Assembly (NCBI GenBank): GCA_951406725.2
Contig: OX597816.1
Span: 744,001 to 808,000 of the forward strand
Direction: 5' to 3'
Origin: Octopus vulgaris
Lineage: Eukaryota
Length of the DNA stretch: 64,000 nt
The translations under genes were made by a program, and so were the position numbers. The notes beneath the pieces were generated by a model. The model saw only the letters and a list, made by a program, of their open reading frames with translations, was not told the origin of the DNA and searched no databases. Numbering within the stretch: the stretch's first letter is position 1; the number at the start of each line of letters is the position of its first letter. Of this stretch, positions 1 to 10,923 are shown one piece after another.

Positions 1-655
1 GATACAAGAAGGAAGGTATGCACAGGTGGACTGACTACGTCCCAGGTAGGGGCCACGGGTTATGGCCTGACTAGTCTTGCCAGGTCTTCGGATGGTGTTT
101 TTATGTGCCACCGACACAGGTGCCAGATGAGGCTGGCAAACGGCCATGATCGGATGGTGTTTGTTACATGCCCACAGCACGGAGGCCAGTCGATGCGGTA
201 CTGGCTACGGTCACGTTCGGATGGTTTTCTTGTGTGCCACCGGCACTGGTACCACAAAGATACAAATTCCATTGATGTTCATCTATTTTGATTTGTTTTG
301 ATTTGATTTGATTTTCACTTGCCTCAACAGGTCTTCACAAGTGTCACAAGAAGGAAGGTATGCACAGGTGGACTGACTACGTCCCAGGTAGGGGCCACGG
401 GTTATGGCCTGACTAGTCTTGCCAGGTCTTCGGATAGTGTTTTTATGTGCCACCGACACAGGTGCCAGATGAGGCTGGCAAACGGCCACGATCGGATGGT
501 GTTTGTTACGTGCCCACAGCACGGAGGCCAGACGATGCGGTACTGGCTACGGCCACGTTCGGATGGTTTTCTTGTGTGCCACCGGCACTGGTACCACAAA
601 GATACAAATTCCATTGATGTTCATCTATTTTGATTTGATTTGATTTGATTTGATT
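1..655 (-). repeat. Tandem duplication (342-bp unit, about 2 copies) of RTE LINE 3' UTR sequence
   Basis: ORFs 60..272 and 402..614 are near-identical and offset by 342 bp; the sequence matches the RTE 3' UTR at 40800-41100 and 56580-56920. Confidence 0.9.
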
Positions 656-681
656 TATATATATATATATATATATATATA

Positions 682-1561
682 TGGTATGGTCATGTGACGA
701 GAATGGCTGAAGATAGTTGTGTGCGAAAGTGCCACACCCTAGCAGTTGAGGAAACCTGTGGAAAAGGTAGACCCAGGAAAACCTGGGACGAGGTGGTGAA
801 GCGCGACCTTCGAACTTTAGGTCTCACCAAGGAAATGACTAGAGACCGAGACCTATGGAAGTATGCTGTGCGTGAGAAGACCCGGCAAGACTAGTGAGAA
901 CATAACCTGTGGCCTACATACCTTTCCTTCATGGGACACAAAACTCCACTTGTGAAGACCCGTTGAGGCAAGTGAAAATCAAAATCAAAATCAAAATCAA
1001 ACCAAATCAAATGAGATATAAGAAAGCAGAACCAAAATCGAAGTCGATTCAACATCAATGGAAACTGCAGCTGTGGTACCAGTGCCGGTGACAAGTAAGC
1101 GAACCATCCGATCGTGGCCGGTGACAAGTAAGCGAACCATCCGATCGTGGCCGTTGCCAGCGCCGCCCCGACTGGCCTCCGTGCTGGTGGCACGTAAAAG
1201 CACCATCTGTTCGTGTCCGTTGCCAGCCTCGCCTGGCCCCCGTGCCGGTGGCACATAGCACCATCTGTTCATGGCTGTTGCCAGCCTCGCCTGGCCCCTG
1301 TGCTGGTGGCACGTAAAAGCACCATCCGTTCATGGCCGTTTGCCAGCTCCGTCTGGCACCTGTGCGGGTGGCACGTAAAAAGCACCCACTACACTCACGG
1401 AGTGGTTGGCATTAGGAAGGGCATCCAGCCGTAGAAACACTGCCAGATCAGACTGGGCCTGATGCAGCCTTCTGGCTTCACAGACCCCAGTTGAACCATC
1501 CAACCCATGCTAGCATGGAAAGCGGATGCTAAATGTTGATGATGATGATGATGATGATGAT
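682..1561 (+). mobile_element. 5'-truncated RTE-clade LINE (ORF C-terminus, 3' UTR, (GAT)n tail)
   Basis: ORF 694..894 ends GKGRPRKTWDEVVKRDL; UTR minisatellite; CCAACCCATGCTAGCATGGAAAGCGGA followed by (GAT)n. Confidence 0.9.
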
Positions 1562-1683
1562 ATATATATACACATATATATATAATTAATAATAATAATA
1601 TGACAGCAAAAGAATGAATGAGACTGCGATATTATGTAAATAGAGGAGTTTATCTATAAATATAATATAAGACAATCATTTAG

Positions 1684-1757
1684 TTGTCATAATAAAACTC
1701 AAAGTTTCGGATGTCAAGGCTAAAGCCTGCTCGGCATCTCATCAGTTATTAAGACAA
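1684..1757 (-). ncRNA. Type I hammerhead ribozyme motif
   Basis: Minus strand: TTGTCTTAATAA-CTGATGA-GATGCCGAG..TTGACATC-C-GAAA-CT(TTG)A-GTT^-TTATTATGACAA; helix I 11/12 paired, core intact, GUU triplet. Confidence 0.7.
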
Positions 1758-1775
1758 ACTCTATAAGACGTACCT

Positions 1776-3094
1776 AGTGTAAGCTATGGACACATAAGAG
1801 ATGCAGCAATATCAAAGGAAGGCTAACTAGGAAAATAGTTTTTGTATGTGGCAGATGCTCAGGAGCAATAAATAACACTGAAAATGTGCAGAGAACAACT
1901 TCCACCACATTCCAGGGAGAAAAGCTAGAAGTAGTTGATAACTTCCGAGACCTAGGCGACAAAGTCAGTAGCAGGGTTGGCTGCACTGAAAGTGTAGCTG
2001 CTAGAATAAGAATAGCCTGGGTAAAGTTCGGAGAGCTCTTACCTCTGCTGGTGACAAAGGGCCTCTTGCGCAGAGTAAAAAGTAGACTGTATGATGCATG
2101 TGTATGAACAGCCATGCTACATAGCAGTGAAACATGAGCTGTGACTGCTGAGGACATGTGTAAGCTCACAAGGAATGAAGCCAGTATGCTCCGCTGGTTG
2201 TGTAATGTCAGTGTGCATGCTCGACAGAGTGTAAGTACTCAAGAGAAAAGTTGGACCTAAGAAGTTGGACCCAGATGTGGTGTGCAAGAGAGACGACTGT
2301 GCTGGCATGGCCATGTGGTGAGAATGAATGTGGATAGCTGTGTGAAAAAGTGTCACACCCTAGCGGTTGAGGGAACCTGTGGAAGAAGTAGACCGAGGAA
2401 AACCTGGGAAGAGGTGGTGAAGCACGACCTTCGAACATTCGGCCTCACCAAGACAATGACTAGTGACCAAGACCTTTGGAAATATGCTGTGCTTGGGAAG
2501 ACTCAGCAAGCCAAGTAATACCATAACCCATGGCCTATGCCAGGGGTGTAACCAGCCCACCTTTCCTTCATTGGACACTAAACTCTGCTTGCAAAAACCT
2601 GTTGAGGCAAGTCAAATTGAATCAAATTCGATGACTGGCACACATGATATTGGAGCACTAAGAGTACTATCCGAGTGTGATCGTTGCCAGAGCAGCTGAC
2701 TGGCTTCTGTGCTGGTGGCACATAAAAAGCACCATTCGAGCGTGATCGTTACCAGTGTTGCCTTACTGGCACTTGTGCCAGTAGCACATGAAAAATCATT
2801 CGAGCAAGGTCGTTGCCAGTGCCGCTGGACTGGCTCCTCAGCAGGTGGCACATAAAAAACACCATTTGAGCGTGGCTGTTGCCAGTACTGCCTGACTGGC
2901 CTTCATGCCGGTGGCACATAAAAGCACCCACTACACTCTTGGAGTGGTTGGTGTTAGGAAGGGCATCCAGCTGTAGAAACTCTGCCAGATCAGATTGGAG
3001 CCTGGTGCAGCCATCTGGTTCGCTAGACTTCAGTCAAATTTTCCAACCCAGGCTAGCATGGAAAGCGGACATTAAACGATGATGATGATGATGA
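1776..3094 (+). mobile_element. 5'-truncated, degenerate RTE LINE
   Basis: Translated LEVVDNFRDLG, RIRIAWVKFGEL, ERRLCWHGHVVRM, GRSRPRKTW; UTR repeats; (GAT)n tail about 3078-3094. Confidence 0.9.
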
Positions 3095-3719
3095 TTTAAA
3101 TTCGAATTTGATGTTTGTTCTTTGATCCATGTTTCTTCATATATATATATATACATATACAAAGAGATTGAAATAGATAGATACATACATACACACTCAC
3201 ACTCACACTTTCTGGCAATGTTATGACAAGCAAGTCTGACGAGTCATCAATATTACCAAGTGTAATAGTCATCATGAAACAGTTGGTAAAATTCTACTCA
3301 GTTATATTCTATAACCAGGAAGATAAAATTATAACCATTCTGCTTTACATTTTGAGTGGACTCTTATTTTGGACTTATGAAAAATCTGATGTGGGTGTGT
3401 GTGTGTGTTATATACGTATAGATACTCTTAAAGTAGTGCTTTGAAAACTTTCTTGATGCAGTTACAATTTCTAAAAGTAGATTTTCTTAAACTAAAATGC
3501 ATGAACTATAGAAAAGCCATTTTGGTTTCTCTCATCTATTTGTGCTTGTAGGTATTGAGCAGGCATGTTTTGCCATACTGTGTGGGATGAGTGGCAAAAT
3601 CTAAAACCTAAATATTGATGTGTGTCTATGTCTTTGTTGGAGGATAAGTGTCTCACTTTTATTTATCAGAATGTCCAAAAAGCGAACTTCCTTTTCATTC
3701 ATTTCTTTAGTAAATTGGA

Positions 3720-4108
3720 TCATTTCATAAATGCTATTTATTTATCTGGTAAGGTCTTCCTTATTTTTTGTTCCAAACTATGAAAAAGTCATCCAAGAAT
3801 CTTTTTCAGTTTCCTATTAAACAGAATTGGAAATGTTGACTAGAAGTAATTCCAGACAGGATATAGATTAGTTTCTTCCAGGAATTCTGTTACTTGTGTT
3901 ACAAACATCCATGCAACTTTTGTCCCCATTGCCACGCCTTGTATTTGTAGGGAATATTAATTAACAAAGAATCAGTGGTTGTTTTCTAATCTAATTGTAA
4001 TACTTCAAGTATAAACTCTATTGGGAACCTCTCCTGAATTCTTTGTGGGATTTGTCTATTAAGAATTCAGCTACTTCTAATCCTAATCCTTGGGGGATAT
4101 TTGTGTTG
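3720..4108 (-). pseudogene. Penelope-like element RT relic (core motifs)
   Basis: Minus-strand translation TNIPQGLGLE..QIQGVAMGTKVA..KRFLDDFFIVW, matching PLE RT motifs (YTNIP, GxAMG, RYxDD); contains stops and frameshifts. Confidence 0.75.
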
Positions 4109-4299
4109 GGACTAATTATATACACTACTAGCATTATGACCCGGCGTTGCCGGGTCATAGTGCTAGTTTGGTATAAATTTGTTAAATTAAAAATTTGGGG
4201 TAATAAAACATACAATGACATATTAAAAAGACGAATCAAAATTCCAGAGAAAAATACATAGAAGATAAATATACAAATTTACAAAAATACATAAAAGTT

Positions 4300-4381
4300 C
4301 ATCTATAGGCTGTTTCGGAGATGCGCCAATTAATATGAAACATATCATATATTTAAAATTGACACTCCCCTCGTCAGGATG
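4300..4381 (-). ncRNA. Hammerhead ribozyme motif with long helix II, inside Helitron cargo
   Basis: Minus strand: CATC-CTGACGA-GGGGAGTGTCAATT..AATTGGCGCATCTCC-GAAA-CAG(C)CT-ATA^-GATG; core intact, one C.A mismatch in helix III. Confidence 0.65.
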
Positions 4382-4615
4382 TTTTTTACACACAACACAT
4401 AGTACACGGAAACAAATGCACAATTACATACCGGCTACATGCGAAAGACCAGACATTACGTACTCCCAAAAATTCTCATAGATACTGAATGCTACTTTAT
4501 AAGCATATGATTCAATCTAGCAGCTATAGTAAATGGTATGCGCACAACTCCATCTGGACTAATTCACTTCTGCACTCAAATTTTTAATCTTTTAATTTCT
4601 CCCATTCATGCAAAT

Positions 4616-5214
4616 CCACTCCGTGAGTGTAGTGGGTGCTTTTTACGTGCCTCCTGCACTGGTGCCAGGCGAGGCTGGCATCGGCCACGGTCGGATTGGT
4701 GCATTTTATGGAAGCCAGTCGAGGCGGCACTGGCTTCGGCTATGATTCGGATGGTGCTTTTTACGTGCCACCGACACGGAAGCCAGTCGAGGCGGCGCTG
4801 GCATTGGCCACAATTCGGATGGTGCATTTTATGGAAGCCAGTCGAGGCGGCACTGGCTTCGGCTACCGATTCAGATGGTGCTTTTTTACGTGCCACCGAC
4901 ACGGAAGCCAGTCGAGGCGGCGCTGGCATCGGTCACAATTCGGATAGTGCTTTTTATGTACCTCCAGTCCCAGGGCCCTGGCATCTGCCGGGTGCTAGTC
5001 ATAGGATTGGTTCAATTTCGATATCGATTTCACTTGCCCCAACAGGTCTTCGCAAGCAAGGGGGGTTGCCATAGGTGCCTGTCGTCGGATGAGGTTCGAT
5101 ATCGACTTTGCTTGCCTCAACAGGTCTTTGTGTGTTCAAGGTGGGAAAGGCATGCATAAGTGGGCTGGACTCACTTGTCCTGCCTGGTCTTCTCACGCAC
5201 AGCATATTTCCAAA
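4616..5214 (-). mobile_element. RTE 3' UTR fragment without terminal tail, inside Helitron
   Basis: Same UTR repeat units as other RTE copies; truncated at both ends; no (CAT)n. Confidence 0.85.
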
Positions 5215-5742
5215 TATTTATATATTACTATATATTTCTAAACGTCGGGCTTTATATCTGTTCTGTAGATATAAATGAATATATGAATATATGTATGTGT
5301 TTGATCTTTCTGTGGATTTTGTAGTGTTCTTGTAGTTGCTGCTCGCATTGTTCCCCTCAGATTAAAAAGTGTATACAGCTCATTTGAGCACTACTATTCC
5401 AATCTGTTATATATTTTGAGCGTTGTTGTCACTAATGATCTCAAGATATAACTTTATATTTTGTAATATATATATATATATAGATATATATATACATCCA
5501 TATACATACAATAGAGAGATGTTTTTGTTTCACTTTTAACACGTAATACTGAAATAGTGGAGAAGATATGATACTACTGTGGGCTCGCCCTAGGCAAGAA
5601 GTTAAACACTTTTTTTGCCCATGAAACTACATGGACCCTGAGTAAAATTTGTGTAAAATTTGAATGAAATTGGTTGTGTAGTTCTCAAGTTTTAGGGAAA
5701 CACACAGACAGACACACATTCTCAGTTTTATATATATAAAGA

Positions 5743-5935
5743 TTTATAATGGACAGATAGGTCTCCTCACCTTGTTTGTTGTTACCACAATGTTTTGGCT
5801 GATGTACTTTCCAGCCTTCATCAGGTGTTCCGGTGGAATTTCAAACCCACCTGATGAAGGTGCTGGAGCGTATATCTGCTGAAATGTTGTGGTAACAACA
5901 AACAAGGTGAGGACACCTATCCGTCCATTGCAAAT
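5743..5935. repeat. Long inverted repeat with a PLE-type hammerhead motif in each arm
   Basis: About 85-bp arms; plus arm CCAC-CTGATGA-A..GAAATGTT-GTGG (5847-5892); minus arm CTGATGA-A-GGCTG..CAGCC-AAAACATT-GTGG. Confidence 0.75.
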
Positions 5936-5971
5936 AATGTACATAATTCCTCATCTCAAAAATATAGAACA

Positions 5972-6350
5972 GAGACTGATTATGTTGAAACTAATTAGGA
6001 TAATCTCTTTATCTATTCTTCCTTGAACATGGTTTAGGAAGTTCATGTCATCTCTGATTAAGCTAGACACCCATTTGCACAATGGTTTCAAAATTATGTC
6101 AGGCAAATTGCTTGGTCATTGTCTGCAACAGTTGGACTTCAGTTCAGAACAGTTTCTTGTATTATTTCTTTGTCTGATGTGAATTTTGCCTTTGTTAGGA
6201 GTCTTTTGAGATTTGGTGGTTGTCTTCGGTTGTTGATGATTTGTGATGTTTTAATCATTTGTTGGAGATTCAGTGACTGATATAGAACTGGGTGGTATTA
6301 TTTGGCTGAATGTAGGATGGTGTGGTTTCTAGGATTATGGAACAAAACCA
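5972..6350 (-). pseudogene. Penelope-like element fragments (RT N-terminal part and RT-EN linker)
   Basis: Translated RRQPPNLKRLLTKAKF and DIILKPLCKWVSSLIRDDMNFL..LISFNIISL. Confidence 0.7.
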
Positions 6351-6357
6351 CCCAGGC

Positions 6358-6555
6358 ATGTGAAAGTGCACAAACAGCAGATTAAGGAATCATCTCTAAG
6401 CAATGTTCCTTTTGGTGAACATCTAGACATTCATACAAATGGAAAACTCAAAATATTTGCTTTCTTTTTTTTCAAATTAAAGATAAAAATGATCGACTAC
6501 AAAAGGCAAAAGTAGAATATTTTATAAGAATTCTAAATCCAAAACTAAACTGGAA
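6358..6555 (+). pseudogene. Penelope-like GIY-YIG endonuclease C-terminal relic
   Basis: Translated VHKQQI..FGEHLD..KVEYFIRILNPKLN, resembling the E-x3-I-x4-P-x-LN end of PLE GIY-YIG. Confidence 0.65.
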
Positions 6556-6637
6556 ATAATCAACACCATTACTAAAAGAAACTTCCTCTTCACAGATTAA
6601 CTCAAAACACATGGATTTGAAAAGTTGAACAATGAAA

Positions 6638-7419
6638 CATCATCATCATCATCATCGTTTAGCATCTGTTTTCCATGCTAGCATGGGTTGGACGGTTCTA
6701 CTGGGGTCTGTGAAGCCAGAAGGCTTCATCAGGCCCAGTCAAATCTGGCAGTGTTTCTACGGCTGGATGCCCTTCCTAACGCCAACCACTCCGTGAGTGT
6801 AGTGGGTGCTTTTTACGTGCCACCTGCACAGGTGCCAGACAGAGCTGGCAAACGGCCACGAACGGATGGTGCTTTTTATGTGCCACCGGCACGAGGGCCA
6901 GGCGAGGCTGGCAACGGACACGAACGGATGGTGCTTTTACGTGCCACCGGCACGAGGCCAGTCGGGGCGGCGCTGGCAACGGTCGCGAAACGGAAGGTTC
7001 TCTTACAAGCCACCGGCACTGGTAACACATCTGCAATTTCCATTGATCGATTTCGATTCTGATCCTCACTTGCCTCAACAGGTCTTCACAAGTAGAGTTT
7101 TGTGTCCCAAGAAGGGAAGGTATGCATACGTAGGCTGGCTCCATCCCATGTAGAAGGCCACGGGTTATGGACTCACTTGTCCTGCCGGGTCTTCTCGCGC
7201 ACAGCACACTTCCAGAGGTCTCGGTCTCTAGTCATTTCCTCAGTGAGACCTAAACTTCGAAGGTCGTGTTTCACCACCTCGTCCCAGGTTTTCCTGGGTC
7301 TGCCTCTTCCGCAGGTTCCCTCAACCGCTAGGGTGTGGCACTTTTTCACACAACTATCTTCATCCATTCTCGCCACATGACCATACCAGCGCAAACGTCT
7401 CTCTTGCACACCACAACTG
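6638..7419 (-). mobile_element. 5'-truncated RTE LINE
   Basis: ORF 7173..7448 ERRLRWYGHVARM..GRGRPRKTW; UTR; (CAT)n at 6638. Confidence 0.9.
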
Positions 7420-7843
7420 TTTACATAAAATACACACAAAAGGTTCATGGTGTTCTAGTTTTTCAAAAATATTTTATGTAAATAGTTAATAACTTAAAGG
7501 TGGTGCTCCAGCATGGCTGCAGTCAAATGACTGAAACAAGTAAAAGAGTAACTTTTTCAAAAAGCTTTCCTTAAATATTATGACTGCTATCAAGTATTTT
7601 TGACCAAGATTTTTACACACACACACGCACGCACACACACACACACATTTTGAGATGAGTCTTTACCACTTCCTCCCAAGTCATTCTTAGTCTCCATCTG
7701 CCAGAGGTTCCATTCATTTTCAGCATGTGCCACTTCTTTCACACACACACAACATACATACATGTACACATTTGTATTTCTGAATCTATCTATCTTTCTA
7801 GCTGTCTGTCTGTCTGTCTGTCTGTTTGTCTCCCTGTCTCTCT

Positions 7844-7877
<34 letters not shown>

Positions 7878-8882
7878 ATACACAAACATATTTATATTAA
7901 AATGTTTATGCATATTAATGATCATTCCTCTGACTTATTAACTGTGTGTGTGTTTGTAGCTATGAATGTGTTTGTGTGATGTAGTGCACGTGTGTGTGTG
8001 TGTGGGTGGGTGTTTGCATTTGTGCACAAACATAGAAAGGTGATGTGATAATATTTATGCATGAACACAAAGTATGTATTTGCATAGCCACATCTGCAGA
8101 CGCACTTGTAAAACTATAGACAAAAGAAGAGATGTCCAGATAAGCAATCATGTATAATGATATTCACACTATGAGTTGTATAACATAAATTCCTAGAAAT
8201 GTTTTTTTTTCTTTAGTCAGTCTGTTTATTGTGATCATGTTCATAAATGATTAAGTAACAACAAGCATAGCTTGACGTTGATCTGTAGAAATATTGCTTA
8301 TAATTTAAAATATTAGCATAAATTAATAGCTTCAAGAGCTTGGTGTGAATGACATATCTTTCCATGTCTGTCGTTTATTTTAATCTTTAATGGTTAAGAA
8401 AGCAAGCAAGAAGATAAGGTACCAGGCATACAGACCAAATGTGGGGCATAACAAGCCTTCTGATATATTGCAATACAGATCAATAGCTTTGACGTCAATA
8501 AAGCCAGTTTTCATTGATCTATTTGTAGCAGTTTAGCCAACAGGAATATATGCAGAACAAAGTGCAGTGTTGCTGCACACTTACTCCTAGCAGACAGAAA
8601 TTACACTTGAAGACACATATACACATGCACACTTTCACACCACACGTAAACTTTCATACCAATACACAATCATACACATGCACTGGCGTAAACACAGCCA
8701 AATACTTTCATTTAGAAAAAAGTTTTCCTGATAAATTGTTGGTGAATTAATGAAACTATATTATTTTTCTGAGGAATAATATGAAGTTAATCCTACAATT
8801 TTCATATCAGGCACATTGTTTTCAATATGCCGAGGCAAGTGCCAATTATAAACCAAAAAAACAAGGGTAATAGTATATGTTA

Positions 8883-10270
8883 CATCATCATCATCATTTA
8901 ATGTCCGTTTTCCATGGTGGCTTGGGTTGGACGGTTTGACTGGGGTCTGGGAAGCCAGGAGGCTGCACCAGGTTCCAATCTGATCTGACAAGGTTTCTAC
9001 AGCTGGATGCCCTTCCTAATGCCAACCACTCTGAGAGTGTAGTGGGTGCATTTTTATGTGCCACCGGCACAGGAACCAGGGGGGGCTGGCATCAACCATA
9101 TTTGGATGGTGCTTTTACATGCCACTGGCATGGGAGCCAGTGAAGGTGGCACTAGCATCAGCCACATTCAGATAGAGCTTTTTACATGCCACTGGCACAG
9201 GACGATGGGGCTGGTATCAATCACGTTTGAATGATGCTTTTTACATGTCACCAGTACAGGGAGCCAGACAGGCAGTGCTGGCATCATCCACAACTACAAT
9301 TTCCATTTGATTGTAGTTTGATTTAATTTTGATTTTGATGTACTTGACTTAATAGGATTCTTCAAGCATGGTATGTCACCCTACAATCCAAGGTACTCTT
9401 GAGTGGGCTGGTTATGTGACACTGACGTAGGCTACAGCTGTGATCTCACCTTATTTGCCAGGTTTTCTCAGTTACAGCATATCTCCAGAGGTCTCGGTTA
9501 TTGCCTCTGTGAGGCCCAACATTCATAGGTCATGCTTCACCATCTTATCCCATGTCTTCCTGGGTTTCCCTCTACCACGGGTTCTTTCCACTGCTTGGGA
9601 GTGGCACTTCTTCACACAGCTCTCCTCCTCCATCTGTTATACATGACCATGCCAAAGTAGACATCTCTCTTGCACATTATATCCAATGCTTCTTATGTCC
9701 AACATTTCTCTCAGGGTGCTTACACTCTGTCGTGTGTGCACACTGACATTACACATCCAACAGATCATGCTAGCTTCATTTCTTTTGAGCCTACACATGT
9801 CTTCAGCATCCACGGCCCATGCATCATACAATCTACCTTTCACTCTGAGAGAGATGCCCTTTATCACCAGTAGGGGTAGAAGCTTTCTGAACTTTGCCCA
9901 GGCTATTCTTATTCTAACAGCTACACTCTCAGATCATCCACTCCCACTACAGACTTGGTTACCTAGGTAGTGGAAGCTATCAACTACTTCTAGTTTCTCC
10001 CCTTGGCATGTGATGGAATCTGTTTTCTGAGCACTTATGGTGTTTATTGCCCCTGTGCATATGCCACACACAAAAGCTATCTACCCAGTTAATCATCCTT
10101 TGATGTTGCTGCATCTCTGATGCATCCACAGCTTACACTGGGTACATCTTATAGAGTTTCCACCGACACCTTTTCTACAGATCTAGCAGGGCCATCTACC
10201 TGAAGGGGTGTGTGATGTGTTCACCTTCCTACTTACTAGGACTTTGGTTTTTGTGACATTGACTCTAAAA
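8883..10270 (-). mobile_element. Degenerate RTE LINE including a Cys-rich PHD-like segment
   Basis: Homology to other RTE copies; VNVTKTKVL, C4HC3 cluster, LEVVDSFHYLG; (CAT)n tail. Confidence 0.85.
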
Positions 10271-10696
10271 GACTACAGATTTCCCAATTGTTTTCCAAAA
10301 AATCCTAAAACTAAGAATAGAAGTTTTGAAATTCAAAATCTTTTGAGATTTTGGGACCCTGTAAAATAGTTTCAGATAACTAAGCCAATTTCATCTTGAA
10401 AGTAGACACAAATGTCTATTTTACTATCAAAATTCAAACATTAAAAATATTCAAATCTGAATCATTGAAGAGTGATCTGAAGCTCATGTCCACCATTTTT
10501 AATCTCTGGAAATCCAATATGAGACCATTGATATTTTGATGGAAAGTTTTAATTTAGCTCACCATAACACAATTAGTTTGTATCATAGGATTAAGGGCAG
10601 TCACAGATGGATTGGTGTCAAAAGAGTTAAACAAGATTAAATTAAATAAATATGAAACCTGGCTGTGTATAGCTTCTTTACATTGCAACACAATTT

Positions 10697-10923
10697 TAAC
10701 CCCTTTGTAGCCAAATTTCTATTGAAACACATTGCTGTTAGTAGAATTAATTTTGAAAATGATGAAGAATTAAGTAAAATAACTGTCATTTTTAAGCTAG
10801 TGTTTGGAACATAAATTTATATGAAATTTTGATGTCAGGTTTTGACTTTGATTAATTTAAAGCATGAAGTTTGTATCATATGACCACGGGTGGTTTCAAG
10901 TGGATCGGTATAAAAATGGTTAA
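10697..10923. mobile_element. piggyBac-like MITE; related copies at about 10530-10630 and 19575-19780
   Basis: TTAACCCCTTTG..AAAATGGTTAA, bounded by TTAA; body repeated at 19575-19780. Confidence 0.65.

Larger units (their letters stand above)
4128..5742 (-). mobile_element. Non-autonomous Helitron, family A copy 1, with internal cargo
   Basis: Minus strand starts TCTTTATATATATAAAACTGAGAATGTGTGTCTG at 5742 and ends GC hairpin + CTAG at 4128; inserted between A and T; both termini shared with 28449-34864. Confidence 0.8.

Noticed and set aside
3236-3295. CTGACGA..GAAAC..GTA hammerhead-like string
   Set aside because: The base of helix II and helix I do not pair; at best a heavily decayed relic
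4635-4960. CRISPR-like repeat/spacer appearance
   Set aside because: Units are whole tandem repeats of an RTE UTR with no unique spacers and no cas genes; eukaryotic context
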